From Anthoceros angustus (taxonomy: Eukaryota > Plantae > Anthocerotophyta): 64,000 nucleotides of DNA. The notes under the pieces are model-generated. The model did not search any database, had not been told where the DNA came from, and saw only the letters and a program-made list of their open reading frames with translations. A program made the position numbers and the translations under genes. Below, piece after piece: positions 36,620-50,679 of the stretch. The stretch is taken from the NCBI GenBank assembly GCA_010909165.1, contig MU008167.1, forward strand, positions 1 to 64,000. Direction: 5' to 3'. Numbering within the stretch: the stretch's first letter is position 1; every line of letters begins with the position of its first letter.

Positions 36620-38430
36620 GCCACCTTATGCCACTTTCTACTTGATGAAGGTAGCTCCAGCTTGCTCTAAGGTGGGATGAAATAATCGTGTGGATCCGGA
36701 TCATCAAAACACTCGTTGCCTCCCTAATATTCCTTCTCCACATAGGTTTGCACATCATTACGCCATTTTGGAGGTGCTCGCACACACTCCACGACCTGCA
36801 CAACTTGACTACGTGAGGCTCGCTCAATGTTTGCTCGATGTGTGTTCACAAAAATGCATTGCGAGCATCGTAGTTTCTTCAACTCTTGTGTCAACCCAAC
36901 TGTGCACACTTGAGAGTTAGTACCACATTATGAGAAGCCTATCCACTTGTAGTTATGCTCCAACATTGCTTTCAATACATAGAAATGGATTTTTCACTCT
37001 AAGCAAATGTGACATGATACACATGCACAAAGTTCCAAATTCAGACTAGTACCCACAACTCGGCTCCTTCTTTCACATGTAACGTCGTTACATTGCTCCA
37101 AAAATAACAAAATGGTATCATTTTGTTCTTCTTGTTGAGCGCTAATAGATGGATATATCAAAACAATTACAATTGGTTGAGCATTTGGTGAGAAATTGCC
37201 CGCTTTCTGATTCGAATTCCTCAAGGCCCATGTTCCGTCGTTTTAGTGACTTAAAAACTACATGTTTGGCACCATTATGTTCCTCTTGTTGAGTTCTATC
37301 GATGATACCAAGATACAATTGGCCAAGTATTTTGCGAAAAACTCAGCCTCACTTTTTCGTCACCGCTAACCTCACATGGGCATTGGTTAGCTGGAGTTTG
37401 CTGGAGGAATGAAGAGTCTGCAGGAATCCTTCTTCAAACCAGCACCCTCTCATCTTTGGGCACCTCCAGATGCATAAGACGATTCTGTCGTCACGTTTGT
37501 GAAAACATCAGCCCTCAAAGTGTCTTTGTTGACCGTCTGAGCATCTCCTGGTGTGTAGAATGGGGTTTTACAAGCGCTCGTCTTGAGGACATGCTCGTCA
37601 ATTGCATCTCCATCAACCACCTGCACCTTTGCCAATCACATGAGCGTTTACGTCCTCACAGATTGTCCAAAAGTCTACATTTTTTTTGCTCACTGTGTGC
37701 ATACATGTGTCTTCATCAACCACTTGAGTGCCATATGAGTCTTCACCAGTTGCTGGCCGTTGCATATGTCTTCACCGCCGCTTTGGCCGTTGCATGTGTG
37801 TTCACATTGCCATTTTGTATTCTTGTGCACCTCTGTTTGTTTCCGTGGGCACAAGATGAACCCTCTTCCACAACATTGTCGGCATGTAAAGACATCACGT
37901 CAGATCAATGTCTTCCTTCACGCTGGAGTAAGAGCTGACCAATTTGCTTGCTACCAAATCCTTGCCTTCATCTCCGACACTGGGATTAGGTTTTTCTCAT
38001 TCTTCCTTGGCTCTCGCTGCAATTTCCTCACTTTCAGCAGAAAGCAGTTTACTTGTTATGCGTCCTCCTCGAGCAACTGTCCCCGCAGGCACGTGTACCC
38101 TTCACTAGTACCCTTCCACCGCCACTGCCTCCCAACATTGTTGTGTTTGCATCGATTCCACAGCCTTGCCTTGCCTTGCCTTTCTTCCACCTATGCTTCA
38201 ACCCTAATTTTTCCTCCAACCAGGCGGGGCGTTGGAAGGCGTGCATGAGAGGCCCATTTGATTCGACCTCTCCTTTTTGTGATGAAGTGGGACGCTCCTC
38301 GGGAGGTGGGCCTGTTCCTCCACTTTCTTCCCCTTTTGTCCGTAGGCCTCTTCTCTTCCTTGTTTACCTTCTCTTGAAGTTGCGCAATTTGGGGTCTCAC
38401 TCAATTAGCGTTGCTCTTCAATTCATGAAC
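36620..38430 (-). pseudogene. Degenerate unidentified ORF-B (~600 codons); copies near 45690-47490, 53970-55760 and 61370-63170
   Basis: Overlapping ORF-track peptides from different units tile into one reading: charged N-terminus, acidic middle, globular-looking C-terminus (QPIVIVLIYP...EFGTLCMCIMSHLL...KLRCSQC...PPKWRNDVQ). Confidence 0.45.
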
Positions 38431-39026
38431 TAATCTACATTATTGAATACAGACATGATCAATTCCTTCACGCTGGAGTAAGAGCTGACCAATTTGCTTG
38501 CTACCAAATCCTTGCCTTCATCTCCAGAGCGTCGATTAGGTTTTTCTCATTCTTCCTTGGCTCGCTGCAATTTCCTCACTTTCAACGCAGTTTACTTGTT
38601 ATGCGTCCTCCTCGAGCAACCTCCCCATCACACCGTGTACCCTTCACTAGTACCCTTCCACCGCCACTGCCTCCCAACATTGTTGTGTTTGCATCGATTC
38701 CACAGCCTTGCCTTGCCTTGCCTTTCTTCCACCTATGCTTCAACCCTAATTTTTCCTCCAACCAGTGACGTTGAAGGCGTGCATGAGAGGCCCATTTGAT
38801 TCTGACCTCTCCTTTTGTGATGAAGTGGGACCCGCTCCTCGGGAGGTGGGCCTGTTCCTCCACTTTCTTCCCCTTTTGTCCGTAGGCCTCTTCTCTTCCT
38901 TGTTTACCTTCTCTTGAAGTTGCGCAATTTGGGGTCTCACTCAATTAGCGTTGCTCTTCAATTCATGAACTAATCTACATTATTGAATACACATGACATG
39001 ATCAATTCCTTCCGGATATCCATTGC

Positions 39027-39375
39027 TCATTCCTCCAAATAAGCATGCTTTCGACATAATGGCATGTAAATATCTTCATCCCCAACAACGACTTGAGGTA
39101 ATAATTTTCCAATTCTATGTGTGAATGGTGCAACCTTGCCACATAATTTACATTTGGCTAGCAATGTTTCTATTCTATCAACTAATGGAATCAATTGTAA
39201 TAACTTTCCAAATAGTTTTTGACTATCCCCGTCCAATCCCGCCACCATTATTTTTCTTTCCTTTATCTCGCGCCTTTCGGTTGCTAGTCTACCTTCGTTC
39301 TAATCGTATGCTTCTTAACAAGTAACTTGTTTTGCCACTAAACATAGGTACCATAATAATGAAAAATTTCTCCAT
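39027..39375 (-). pseudogene. Thymidine kinase (type II, TK1 family), internally deleted and frameshifted (unit 1)
   Basis: PMFSGKTS P-loop, VAGLDGD, zinc ligands CKLC and PLCRKH. Confidence 0.88.
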
Positions 39376-42127
39376 TTTTATCATCGTCACTTATGGGATT
39401 ATATTCAGAAACAAAACAAGTATTCTTTTGAAAGTAAGAAGGTCTCAAGCTGATCAAGCTAGAGTAAGAAATTCTAAACTAATCCAACTAGAACAAGAAA
39501 CTCTAAAGTGATCGTGCTACATTATGAGTTGTTTTCTAATGGATTTTGTCTAATCAACTAAATAAACAATCACAAATGATCGAACAAAGAATGCATGATT
39601 CAATTGATAAGTCAAAGCTTAAGATTTTGCATTATGAATTACAAATCATGAAAATTGTGCATGCGAAATGGCCGTGAACACAATAATCACGCGAGAAGTT
39701 TCAAAAGAATGCTTATTTTCGGTGAAAACTGTTTATATAACTTTCTATTAATTTTTTACTAAGCAAGCAACAGTCAAAGCTCTATGTGAAACTTATTAAG
39801 ATTATGGTCATCAGTAACCGCTTTCCAGTTAATTACAATTTCTTTGAATCCTTCACATTCCAATCAATTATAATTAACTTGTTCCATTGGGCTCTCTTCG
39901 CATTGGTTTCTTCCAGTTTTGTAACTCACTCTGCAAATTATTACCTACTCAAAATGATTGAATTAGTATCTAATAGGCCTCTCTGGAGCAGGCCTCATAG
40001 ACTCACATTAATTAATCCAACATTGCAAATCGATGACCTCTTGAGTCATGACATTGTGCCTCTTGCTTCCTCTATTTCTTGTGATAGGGCTAACACTAAC
40101 AAGGATGGCGTGAAGGTAATCGCGAAAGAGTAAAACTTGGACTAAGTCAACATGTAGATCGTCGAAAATCAACACATAAAACAAAGAATTTGAAAACTCA
40201 AAACTTGAAATCAAAAATCAAAAGTTGAGCCACAAAACAAATAAGGAAATCAACAGCTCAAAACAAAGATCGAAATCCCAAAATGAATATAAACAAATAA
40301 GTGCGGATGTACAATGTCATTTACGATTGCACAACATTGTTTTGTTACAATGTCTAATGCCATTTACAATACACAACACCACTTGTAAAATTTTCGTTAC
40401 GAATGCACGTCACAATGAAAACGAAAATAGATCTTAAACATGTAGTTCGACCATATCTAAACATCTTTTATATATACACACATAGGTATATAGAATTTGT
40501 ATCTTGCATTTCATTCAAAAGAAGCCCGTGCGGACCAATGGGCGGCCTCGTAGGGCTCTTACAACACGCCCGTGGAATGCTGAGAGGATGGGTGGCACCC
40601 CATCTTATCACCGATTCTTGATTACAATGGAGTTCCAATGAGCTCACGTGTTTGGATGTCGCTCCTTCAAGGGAGGACTACAAAACAAATATTATTTCAC
40701 CTTTTGGCTTTTGATTCAACGTTTGAATGTGTCGTTTTTGTTTCAACCTTTTGTGAAACGAGACGCCGTTTGTTTGCTTGATGCATTTTGCAACTTTTAG
40801 CTTAGCTTTAGCCTCCTTGAAATGGTTGGTAGCACTTTTCTCTTCTTAAAAGCATCTTGACTACTTCTTGGAGCCAATAATTTTTAGTTGGAGCTTTTCT
40901 TAAAAGCGATTGAGGTTGAATTATTATGCTTAAGAGCAACTTGAATCTTGTTATCAAGTTGAGCAACAATGCTGGTCATAACTTCCATGTATAATTTGCG
41001 ATGGAAATCAATATTCAAAACTTGAGTGTGGAGCACTTGAATCTTGCACCAAGTTATCCCACTCATAGTTTGATTGTTCAATGATATTGCTTAATATGCT
41101 TTTGTGAACCGTGCAACGGTCCTTATGTTTAGAGGAAGTAGATAGTTTCTCTTGTCTCTTGAGATCTTTAAATTTATCTCTAGAGATATCTACTATTACT
41201 GGTATAAAAATACACTTCTTGGGTCCGAAAGTATTTTTCGTCGCCATTGATAATGCTTGCTTTATTTTTGTAATACTTGAGCATGTATTACAACAAGGTG
41301 CTTAGACACTTGACTTCCTTGAAAACTTGTTCGATTCGCATTGCATCTCATCAATGTGATGCGATATTAAACGATGAATGCGGTGCTCGCATATGTTGAC
41401 ATTTTTCCAACATTTTGGCGTGCATAACTCCCTCGGTGTGAGTTGAGTTTAAAAGGCTAGCGAGATCGCTTGTTAATTAATGATAAAAGGATCATTAACA
41501 CACCAATGTTTTAAAACATAAATAAAACAAAGATGTGTTATCAAGGAGAAAAGAACAAAACCCGAGCAAATAAACAAACCACACCTACCTCGGGGCTAGC
41601 AGCTCACTTCCTTGTGCTCACTTCCTGCTCACTCTATAAATACTACATGTACTTGCTATTTCTAGCGTTTAGGGTTTCACCCTCATCTCCTCCTTACAAT
41701 AAAGAATATCCCATCCCTTGTTATTTCTAGCTAAGCATTCTTCTGTTTATAGCTAAATATAATATATTAAATCACATTTACTCATTTTTCATGATGGGCT
41801 CTCCCATCATCTCTCCTCCCTCAATAGAACTTCATTTTTTATTTCTTATTATTTGCAACTAGACATCATTTACTATGTTTTTCTTGTTTTCTCACCATGA
41901 CTACTTTTATGAATGCGGGTTTTAAACAAGGGGATGCGAGAATGGGCCCTCCACCTCGTAGGGGCATCGGGGTCATCCCGACTTTACTTTTGCTCACGAT
42001 GACTCCTAGAGATCATGAGTCTTCTCACAACCATACAAACCACTTCTTCTAAGGGAGAGAAGCCTACCAGAGTTTCTCGACCAACTACTAAAAACTATCA
42101 AGACGTCTCTGTCCGAGTGGCGCGATC

Positions 42128-42512
42128 AAAGATCATTGAAGGTGGCATAAGAGCACGAAAGTCGGTATAATAAAACACCATTGAAGATGACATAAAACCA
42201 AGTGGCATAAGACAAGGAAAGGCGGCATAATCAAACACCATTGAAGATGACATAAGACCACAAGTGGCGTAAGACATTGAAAGTTGGCATAACTAAATAC
42301 CTTTGAAGATGACATAAAACCAAGTGGGATAAGAGCACAGTTGGCTCAATCAAACACCATTGAAGATGACATAAGAGCATCAAGTGGCATAAGACAAGGA
42401 AAGCTAGCATAATCAAACACCATTGAAGATGACATAAGAGCACGAAGTGGCGAAGACAACAAAAGGCATAATCAAACACCATTGAAGATGATATAAGACC
42501 ACCGCTCAAAGG
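42128..42512 (+). repeat. ~60 bp minisatellite, 6 monomers
   Basis: Direct reading. Confidence 0.9.
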
Positions 42513-42771
42513 TGGCAAGAAAAAGCGCTATAAACTATAAAGTATATGGCATCATAATTGGGGACTTATCTCAATGGATAAATGTTTGGGGCAAAGAGCT
42601 TTTAGTATCGCTTAATCGAAAGCGACCCCATGAGCTGGGTTCCACAAGGCGTTGGTACACATTACTAACTCACCCCAATGCATTGAGATATTTTAATACA
42701 AGATTTGTTAAAACACGATAGTGCATTAAATCATGGCGAGATTTAGATCACGTTACCCATGATCTAAATCT

Positions 42772-43427
42772 TGACCGCGATGAGGGTCCGCCTCGGTTTG
42801 GCTCATCCTCCGGCCTCTTCTCTTTCCACGTGCGTTGTGGAGCGCCATCGGCGATTCCGGTCCCATTTGGCCCGTTGTCCCGTGGAGGGGCAACGTGTTG
42901 CTACGCATGACGCCGTTTGGCGGCGTCATGTTTTCGATAACTAAGGAGGCGGATTTTTCCGTGCGAGCGCCCATATACATTGCATAATGGCGTGTCACTC
43001 GGGCGGACCTTTTTATACTAGGGGAGCAAATTTACATCGCTCATGTGGTTGTCACGGATCCCACGAGACTCAGATGCGAGCACGTCATCATCAACCCCGG
43101 CTGGGTGGCGGAAGGATGCGCAACTAGCAAGACTCACAAGTACCCTCCTTTGCAAGACGGCCATGTTTTCATCCCCTCATCCTCGAGACTCATGGGGCTA
43201 TGGGCAAGGACTTCTCTAGGTTAATTAAGGAGTGTGCAAAGCCTATCACAGCCAGGGTGGAGGCCTCCCCTTTCCTCTGTGGTGGCTTTCTTTCGCCTTT
43301 GGGTTTTCATAGCGTAAGCGGCTAACGTTGTTTATGGGGCCACGGTAGCAGGACTAGCGGCTTCTTGACATTGGTGGTAGGTAGGCCCTTCATCATCCCC
43401 GATCACGATATCATTGGTGCGAGGTAG
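42772..43427 (+). mobile_element. RLE retrotransposon 3' fragment (unit 2)
   Basis: Homolog of 35008-35674. Confidence 0.85.
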
Positions 43428-46400
43428 TTACGGAAAGGCATTCGAGGACTAGGACTTCCCTTTACTATTAGCCCTTTTAGGTTGTTCCTCCTTGGACTTA
43501 AGGGTTGATGGCATTTCCTATCTCGCCTATTAAGAACGCGTCTACTCTACTCTTCTTACACATGATTAAAGTGCAACGTCCATTACTTTATGCCTTTATT
43601 TTTATTACCATGTTGTATTATGTCATTTTTTATTTCTTATTATTTGCAACTAGACATCATTTACTATGTTTTTCTTGTTTTCTCAGCCATGACTACTTTT
43701 ATGGATGCGGGTTTTAAATGCGGTGGGAGGACGGGTGTCGGCACTCCATAGGGGTATTTGTGGGTCATCGACTTCACTTTCGCTCACCATGACTCCTAGA
43801 GATCATGAGTCTTCTCACAAACATACAAAACCACTTCTTCCAAGGAAAGCGTAACAAGAGTTCTCGACCAACTACTAAAACCCATCAAGACTTTTGTGTC
43901 CGAGTCGCCTTGGAGATTTGGAAGCCAATAGGCTGGACAACATCCTAGGAGGTTGGGAAGCTAGCAGCCTTGGTGACATATTTACAATGATTTACTTAAC
44001 TTAAGAGAAAGTAAAGTCTCGCGTTATGAGGACTCGCAGGAGACCAACGCACCCCATCCGACGGGACCAACTTAGCGGATGCTGGAAATCGAAGAGCTTC
44101 ACTCAGCTGAAGCTAAAGAGCAAGCTATCACTAGTTCATAGCGGTCGGTGGATTCGTAACTTTATTAAGAACGTCTACTCTACTCTTCTTACACATGATT
44201 AAAGTGCAACGTCCATTACTTTATGCCTTTATTTTATTACCATGTTGTATTATGTCATTTTTTTTATTTCTTATTATTTGCAACTAGACATCATTTACTA
44301 TGTTTTTCTTGTTTTCTCACCATGACTACTTTTATGGATGCGGGTTTTAAATGCGGTGGGAGGACGGTGTCGGCACTCCATAGGGGTATTTGTGGGTCAT
44401 CCGACTTCACTTTCGCTCACCATGACTCCTAGAGATCATGAGTCTTCTCACAAACATACAAAACCACTTCTTCCAAGGGAGAGAAACGTAACAAGAGTTC
44501 TCGACCAACTACTAAAACCCATCAAGACTTTTGTGTCCGAGTCGCCTTGGAGATTTGGAAGCCAATAGGCTGGACAACATCCTAGGAGGTTGGGAAGCTA
44601 GCAGCCTTGGTGACATATTTACAATGATTTACTTAACTTAAGAGAAAGTAAAGTCTCGCGTTATGAGGACTCGCAGGAGACCAACGCACCCCATCCGACG
44701 GGACCAACTTAGCGGATGCTGGAAATCGAAGAGCTTCACTCAGCTGAAGCTAAAGAGCAAGCTATCACTAGTTCATAGCGGTCGGTGGATTCGTAACTTT
44801 ATTAAGAACGTCTACTCTACTCTTCTTACACATGATTAAAGTGCAACGTCCATTACTTTTATGCCTTTATTTTATTACCATGTTGTATTATGTCATTTTT
44901 TTTATTTCTTATTATTTGCAACTAGACATCATTTACTATGTTTTTCTTGTTTTCTCACCATGACTACTTTTATGGATGCGGGTTTTAAATGCGGTGGGAG
45001 GACGGTGTCGGCACTCCATAGGGGTATTTGTGGGTCATCCGACTTCACTTTCGCTCACCATGACTCCTAGAGATCATGAGTCTTCTCACAAACATACAAA
45101 ACCACTTCTTCCAAGGGAGAGAAACGTAACAAGAGTTCTCGACCAACTACTAAAACCCATCAAGACTTTTGTGTCCGAGTCGCCTTGGAGATTTGGAAGC
45201 CAATAGGCTGGACAACATCCTAGGAGGTTGGGAAGCTAGCAGCCTTGGTGACATATTTACAATGATTTACTTAACTTAAGAGAAAGTAAAGTCTCGCGTT
45301 ATGAGGACTCGCACGAGGAGACCAACGTACCCCATCCGACGGGACCAACTTAGCGGATCTTTGGAAATCGAAGAGCTTCACTCAGCTGAAGCTAAAGAGC
45401 AAGCTATCACTAGTTCATAGCGGTCGGTGGATTCGTAACTTCGTAAGAAAATTGTTATCGTGCTTTAGCAAATCTTTCTTTAAGATCTCTTATTTTATTA
45501 TATTGGGGTGATCAATCCCTAATTATGGTACCATATTCTTTATAATTTATAGTGCATTCTTAGATTATGCCATCTTTATGGTCTTGTGCCACCTTTATGG
45601 TCTTTGATTGTGCCACCTCGTGGACTTTTGCCACCTTCGTGGACTTTTGTTTTGCCAACCTTGGTGGTCTTTTCTCATGCCACCTTATGCCACTTTCTAC
45701 TTGATGAAGGTAGCTCCAGCTTGCTCTAAGGTGGGATGAAATAATCGTAACTGATCCGGATCATCAAAACACTCGTTGCCTCCCTAATATTCCTTCTCCA
45801 CATAGGTTTGCACATCATTCGCCATTTTGGAGGTGCTCGCAAGCACACTCCACGACCTGCACAACTTGACTACGTGAGGCCTGCTCAATGTTTGCTCGAT
45901 GTGTGTTCACAAAATCATTGCGAGCATCGTAGTTTCTTCAACTCTTGTGTCAACCCAACTGCACACTTGAGAGTTAGTACCTGTTATGAGAAGCCTATCC
46001 ACTTGTAGTTATGCTCCAACATTGCTTTCAATACATAGAAATGGATTTTTCACTCTAAGCAAATGTGACATGATACACATGCACAAAGTTCCAAATTCGA
46101 GACTAGTACCCACAACTCGGCTCCTTCTTTCACATGTAACCGTCGTTACATTGCTCCAAAAATAACAAAATGGTATCATTTTGTTCTTCTTGTTGAGCGC
46201 TAATAGATGGATATATCAAAACAATTACAATTGGTTGAGCATTTGGTGAGAAATTGCCCGCTTTCTGATTCAGAATTCCTCAAGGCCCATGTTCCGTCGT
46301 TTTAGTGACTCAAAAACTACATGTTTGGCACCATTATGTTCCTCTTGTTGAGTTCTATCAGATGATACCAAGGCGATACAATTGGCTAAGTATTTTGCGA

Positions 46401-47560
46401 AAAAACTCAGCCTCACTTTTTCTGGTCACCGCTAACCTCACATGGGCATTGGTTAGCTGGAGTTTGCTGGAGGAATGAAGAGTCTGTGCAGGAATCCTTC
46501 TTCAAACCAGCACCCCTCTCATCTTTGGGCACCTCCAGATGCATAAGACGATTCTGTCATCACGTTTGTGAAAACATCAGCCCTCAAAGTGTCTTTGTTG
46601 ACCGTATGAGCATCTCCTGGTGTGTAGAATGGGGTTTTACAAGCGCTCGTCTTGAGGACATGCTCGTCAATTGCATCTCCATCAACCACCTGCACCTTGC
46701 CACCACATGAGCGTTCGTCCTCACAGTTGCCCAAAAGTCTACATTTTTTGCTCACTGTGCACACATGTGTCTTCATCAACCGCTTGAGTGCACCGTATGA
46801 GTCTTCACCAGTTGCACTGGCGCCGTTGCATATGTCTTCACCAACCGCTGCGCCGTTGCATGTGTGTGTTCACTGTTGCCAAACTGCTTTGTATTCTTGT
46901 GCACCTCTGTTTGTTTCCGTGGGCACAAGATGAACCTCTTCCACAACATTGTCGATGTAAAGACATCACGTCAGTATCAATGTCTTCCTTCACTGGAGTA
47001 AGAGCTGACCAATTTGCTTGCTACCAAATCCTTGCCTTCATCTCCAGCAGCGTCGCCGATTAGGTTTTTCTCATTCTTCCTTGGCTCTCGCTGCAATTTC
47101 CTCACTTTCAACGCAGAAAGCGGTTACTTGTTATGCGTCCTCCTCGAGCAATGTCCCCGTCACACGCACGTGTACCCTTCACTAGTACCCTTCCACCGCC
47201 ACTGCCTCCCAACATTGTTGTGTTTGCATCGATTCCTCGGCCTTGCCTTGCCTTGCCTTTCTTCCACCTATGCTTCAACCCTAATTTTTCCTCCAACCAG
47301 TGCACGTTGGAAGGCGTGCATGAGAGGCCCATTTGATTCTGACCTCTCCTTTTTGTGATGAAGTGGGACCTCCTCGGGAGGTGGGCTGTTCCTCCACTTT
47401 CTTCCCCTTTTTGTCCGTAGGCCTCTTCTCTTCCTTGTTTACCTTCTCTTGAAGTTGCGCAATTTGGGGTCTCACTCAATTAGCGTTGCTCTTCAATTCA
47501 TGAACTAATCTACATTATTGAATACACGGACATGATCAATTCCTTCCGGATATCCATTGC

Positions 47561-47916
47561 TCATTCCTCCAAATAAGCATGCTTTCGACATAATGGCATG
47601 TAAATATCTTCATCCCCAACAACGACTTGAGGTAATAATTTTCCAATTCTATGTGTGAATGGTGCGGCAACCTTGCCACATAATTTACATTTGGCTAGCA
47701 ATGTTTCTATTCTATCAACTAATGGAATCAATTGTAATAACTTTCCAAATAGTTTTTGACTATCCCGTCCAATCCGCCACCATTATTTTCTTCCTTTATC
47801 ATCGCACTTAACTACGGTTGCTAGTCTACACCTTCTCGTTCTAATCGTATGCTTCTTAACAAGTAACTTGTTTTGCCACTAAACATAGGTACCATAATAA
47901 TGAAAAATTTCTCCAT
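47561..47916 (-). pseudogene. Thymidine kinase remnant (unit 2)
   Basis: Homolog of 39027-39375. Confidence 0.85.
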
Positions 47917-50679
47917 TTTTATCATCGTCACTTATGGGATTATATTCAAGAAACAAAACAAGTATTCTTTTGAAAGTAAGAAGGTCTCAAGTGATCAAGC
48001 TAGAGTAAGAAATTCTAAACTAATCCAACTAGAACAAGAAACTCTAAAGTGATCGTGCTACATTATGAGTTGTTTTCTAATGGATTTTGTCTAATCAACT
48101 AAATAAACAATCACAAATGATCGTAACAAAGAATACATGATTCAATTGATAAGTCAAAGCTTAAGATTTTGCATTATGAATTACAAATCATGAAAATTGT
48201 GCATGCGAAATGGCCGTGAACACAATAATCACGCGAGAAGTTTCAAAAGAATGCTTATTTTCCGTGAAAACTGTTTATATAACTTTCTATTAATTTTTAC
48301 TAACGGTACAGCCAATCAAAGCTCTATGTGAAACTTATTAAGATTATGGTCTTCAAGAATCGCTTTCAGCTTAATTGCAATTTCTTTGAATCCTTCACAT
48401 TCCAATCAATTATAATTAACTTGTTCCATTGGGCTCTCTTCGCATTGGTTTCTTCCGCTTTGTAACTCACTGCAAATTATTACCTACTCAAAATGCTTGA
48501 ATTAGTATCTAATAGGCCTCTGAGCAGCCTCATAGACTCACATTAATTAATCCAACATTGCAAATCGATGACCTCTTGAGTCATGACATTGTGCCTCTTG
48601 CTTCCTCTATTTCTTGTGAGGCTAACACTAACAAGGATGGCGTGAAGGTAATCGCGAAGAGTAAAACTTGGACTAAGTCAACATGTAGATCGTCGAAAAT
48701 CAACACATAAAACAAAGAATTTGAAAACTCAAAACTTGAAATCAAAAATCAAAAAGTTGAGCCACAAAACAAATAAGGAAAATCAACAGCTCAAAACAAA
48801 GATCGAAATCCCAAAATGAATATAAACAAAATAAGTGCGGATGTACAATGTCATTTACAATACACAACATTGTTTTGTTACAATGTACAATGCCATTTAC
48901 AATACACAACACCACTTGTAAAATTTTCAGGTTACGAATGCGTCACAATGAAAACGAAAATAGATCTTAAACATGTAGTTCGACCATATCTAAACATCTT
49001 TTATATATACACACATAGGTATATAGAATTTGTATCTTGCATTTCATTCAAAAGAAGCCCGTAGCCGTGCAGACCAATGGGCGGCCTCGTAGGGCTCTTA
49101 TAACACGCGCCCCAGAGGGGCTGAATGAGAGGATGGGTGGCACCCCATCTTATCACCGACATCGATTGGCGACAATGGAGTTCCAATGAGCTCACGTGTT
49201 TGGATGTCGCTCCTTCAAGGGAGGACTACAAAACAAATATTATTTCACCTTTTGGCTTTTGATTCAACGTTTGAATGTGTCGTTTTTGTTTCAACCTTTT
49301 GTGAAACGAGACGCCGCTTGTTTGCTTGATGCATTTTGCAACTTTTAGCTTAGCTTTAGCCTCCTTGAAATGGTTGGTAGCACTTTTCTCTTCTTAAAAG
49401 CACCTTGACTACTTCTTGGAGCCAATAATTTTTAGTTGGAGCTTTTCTTAAAAGCATTGAGGTTGAATTATTATGCTTAAGAGCAACTTGAATCTTGTTA
49501 TCAAGTTGAGCAACAATGCTGGTCATAACTTCCATGTATAATTTGCGATGGAAATCAATATTCAAAACTTCAGAGTGTGGAGCACTTGAATCTTGCACCA
49601 AGTTATCCCACTCATAGTTTGATTGTTCAATGATATTGCTTAATATGCTTTTGTGAACCAGTCAACGGTCCTTATGTTTAGAGGAAGTAGATAGTTTCTC
49701 TTGTCTCTTGAGATCTTTAAATTTATCTCTAGAGATATCTACTATTGCCTGGTATAAAAATACACTTCTTGGGTCCGAAAGTATTTTTTTCGTCGCCATT
49801 CGAAGTAATGCTTGCTTTATTTTTTATAATACTTGAGCATGTATTACAACAAGGTGCTTAGACACTTCCGCTTCCTTGAAAACTTGTTCAGTTGCGCATT
49901 GCATCTCATCAATGTGATGCGATATTAAACAGTGAATGCGGCTGCTCGCATGTTGACATTTTTCCAACATTTTGGCGTGCATAACTCCCTGTGAGTTGAG
50001 TTTAAAAGGCTAGCGAGATCGCTTGTTAATTAATGATAAAAGGATCATTAACACACCAATGTTTTAAAACATAAATAAACAAAGATGTGTTATCAAGGAG
50101 AAAAGAACAAAACCCCGAGCAAATAAAACAAACCACACCTACCTCGGGCTAGCACTCACTTCCTTGTGCTCACTTCCCAAAGGCTCAGCTCTATAAATAC
50201 TACATGTACTTGCTATTTCTAGCGTTTAGGGTTTCACCCTCATCTCCTCCTTACAATAAAGAATATCCCATCCCTTGTTATTTCTAGCTAAGCATTCTTA
50301 CTGTTTATAGCTAAATATAATATATTAAATCACATTTACTCATTTTTCATGATGGGCTCTCCCATCATCTCTCCTCCTCAATAGAACTTCATTTTTATTT
50401 CTTATTATTTGCAACTAGACATCATTTACTATGTTTTTCTTGTTTTCTCAGCCATGACTACTTTTATGAATGCGGGTTTTAAACAAGGGATGCGAGAATG
50501 GGCCTCCACCTCGTAGGGGCATCGGGGTCATCCGACTTTACTTTTGCTCACGATGACTCCTAGAGATCATGAGTCTTCTCACAACCATACAAACCACTTC
50601 TTCTAAGGAGAGAAGCCTACCAAAGAGTTTCTCGACCAACTACTAAAAACTATCAAGACGTCTCGTCCGAGTGGCAGTC

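Larger units (their letters stand above)
32790..40553. repeat. Tandem array unit 1 (7764 bp, includes a 550 bp duplication at 37913-39012)
   Basis: Unit start GGCTCTTACAACAC recurs at 40554, 49093 and ~57355 with colinear content. Confidence 0.95.
40554..49092. repeat. Tandem array unit 2 (8539 bp, includes a ~635 bp triplication at 43528-45440)
   Basis: Colinear with unit 1. Confidence 0.95.
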
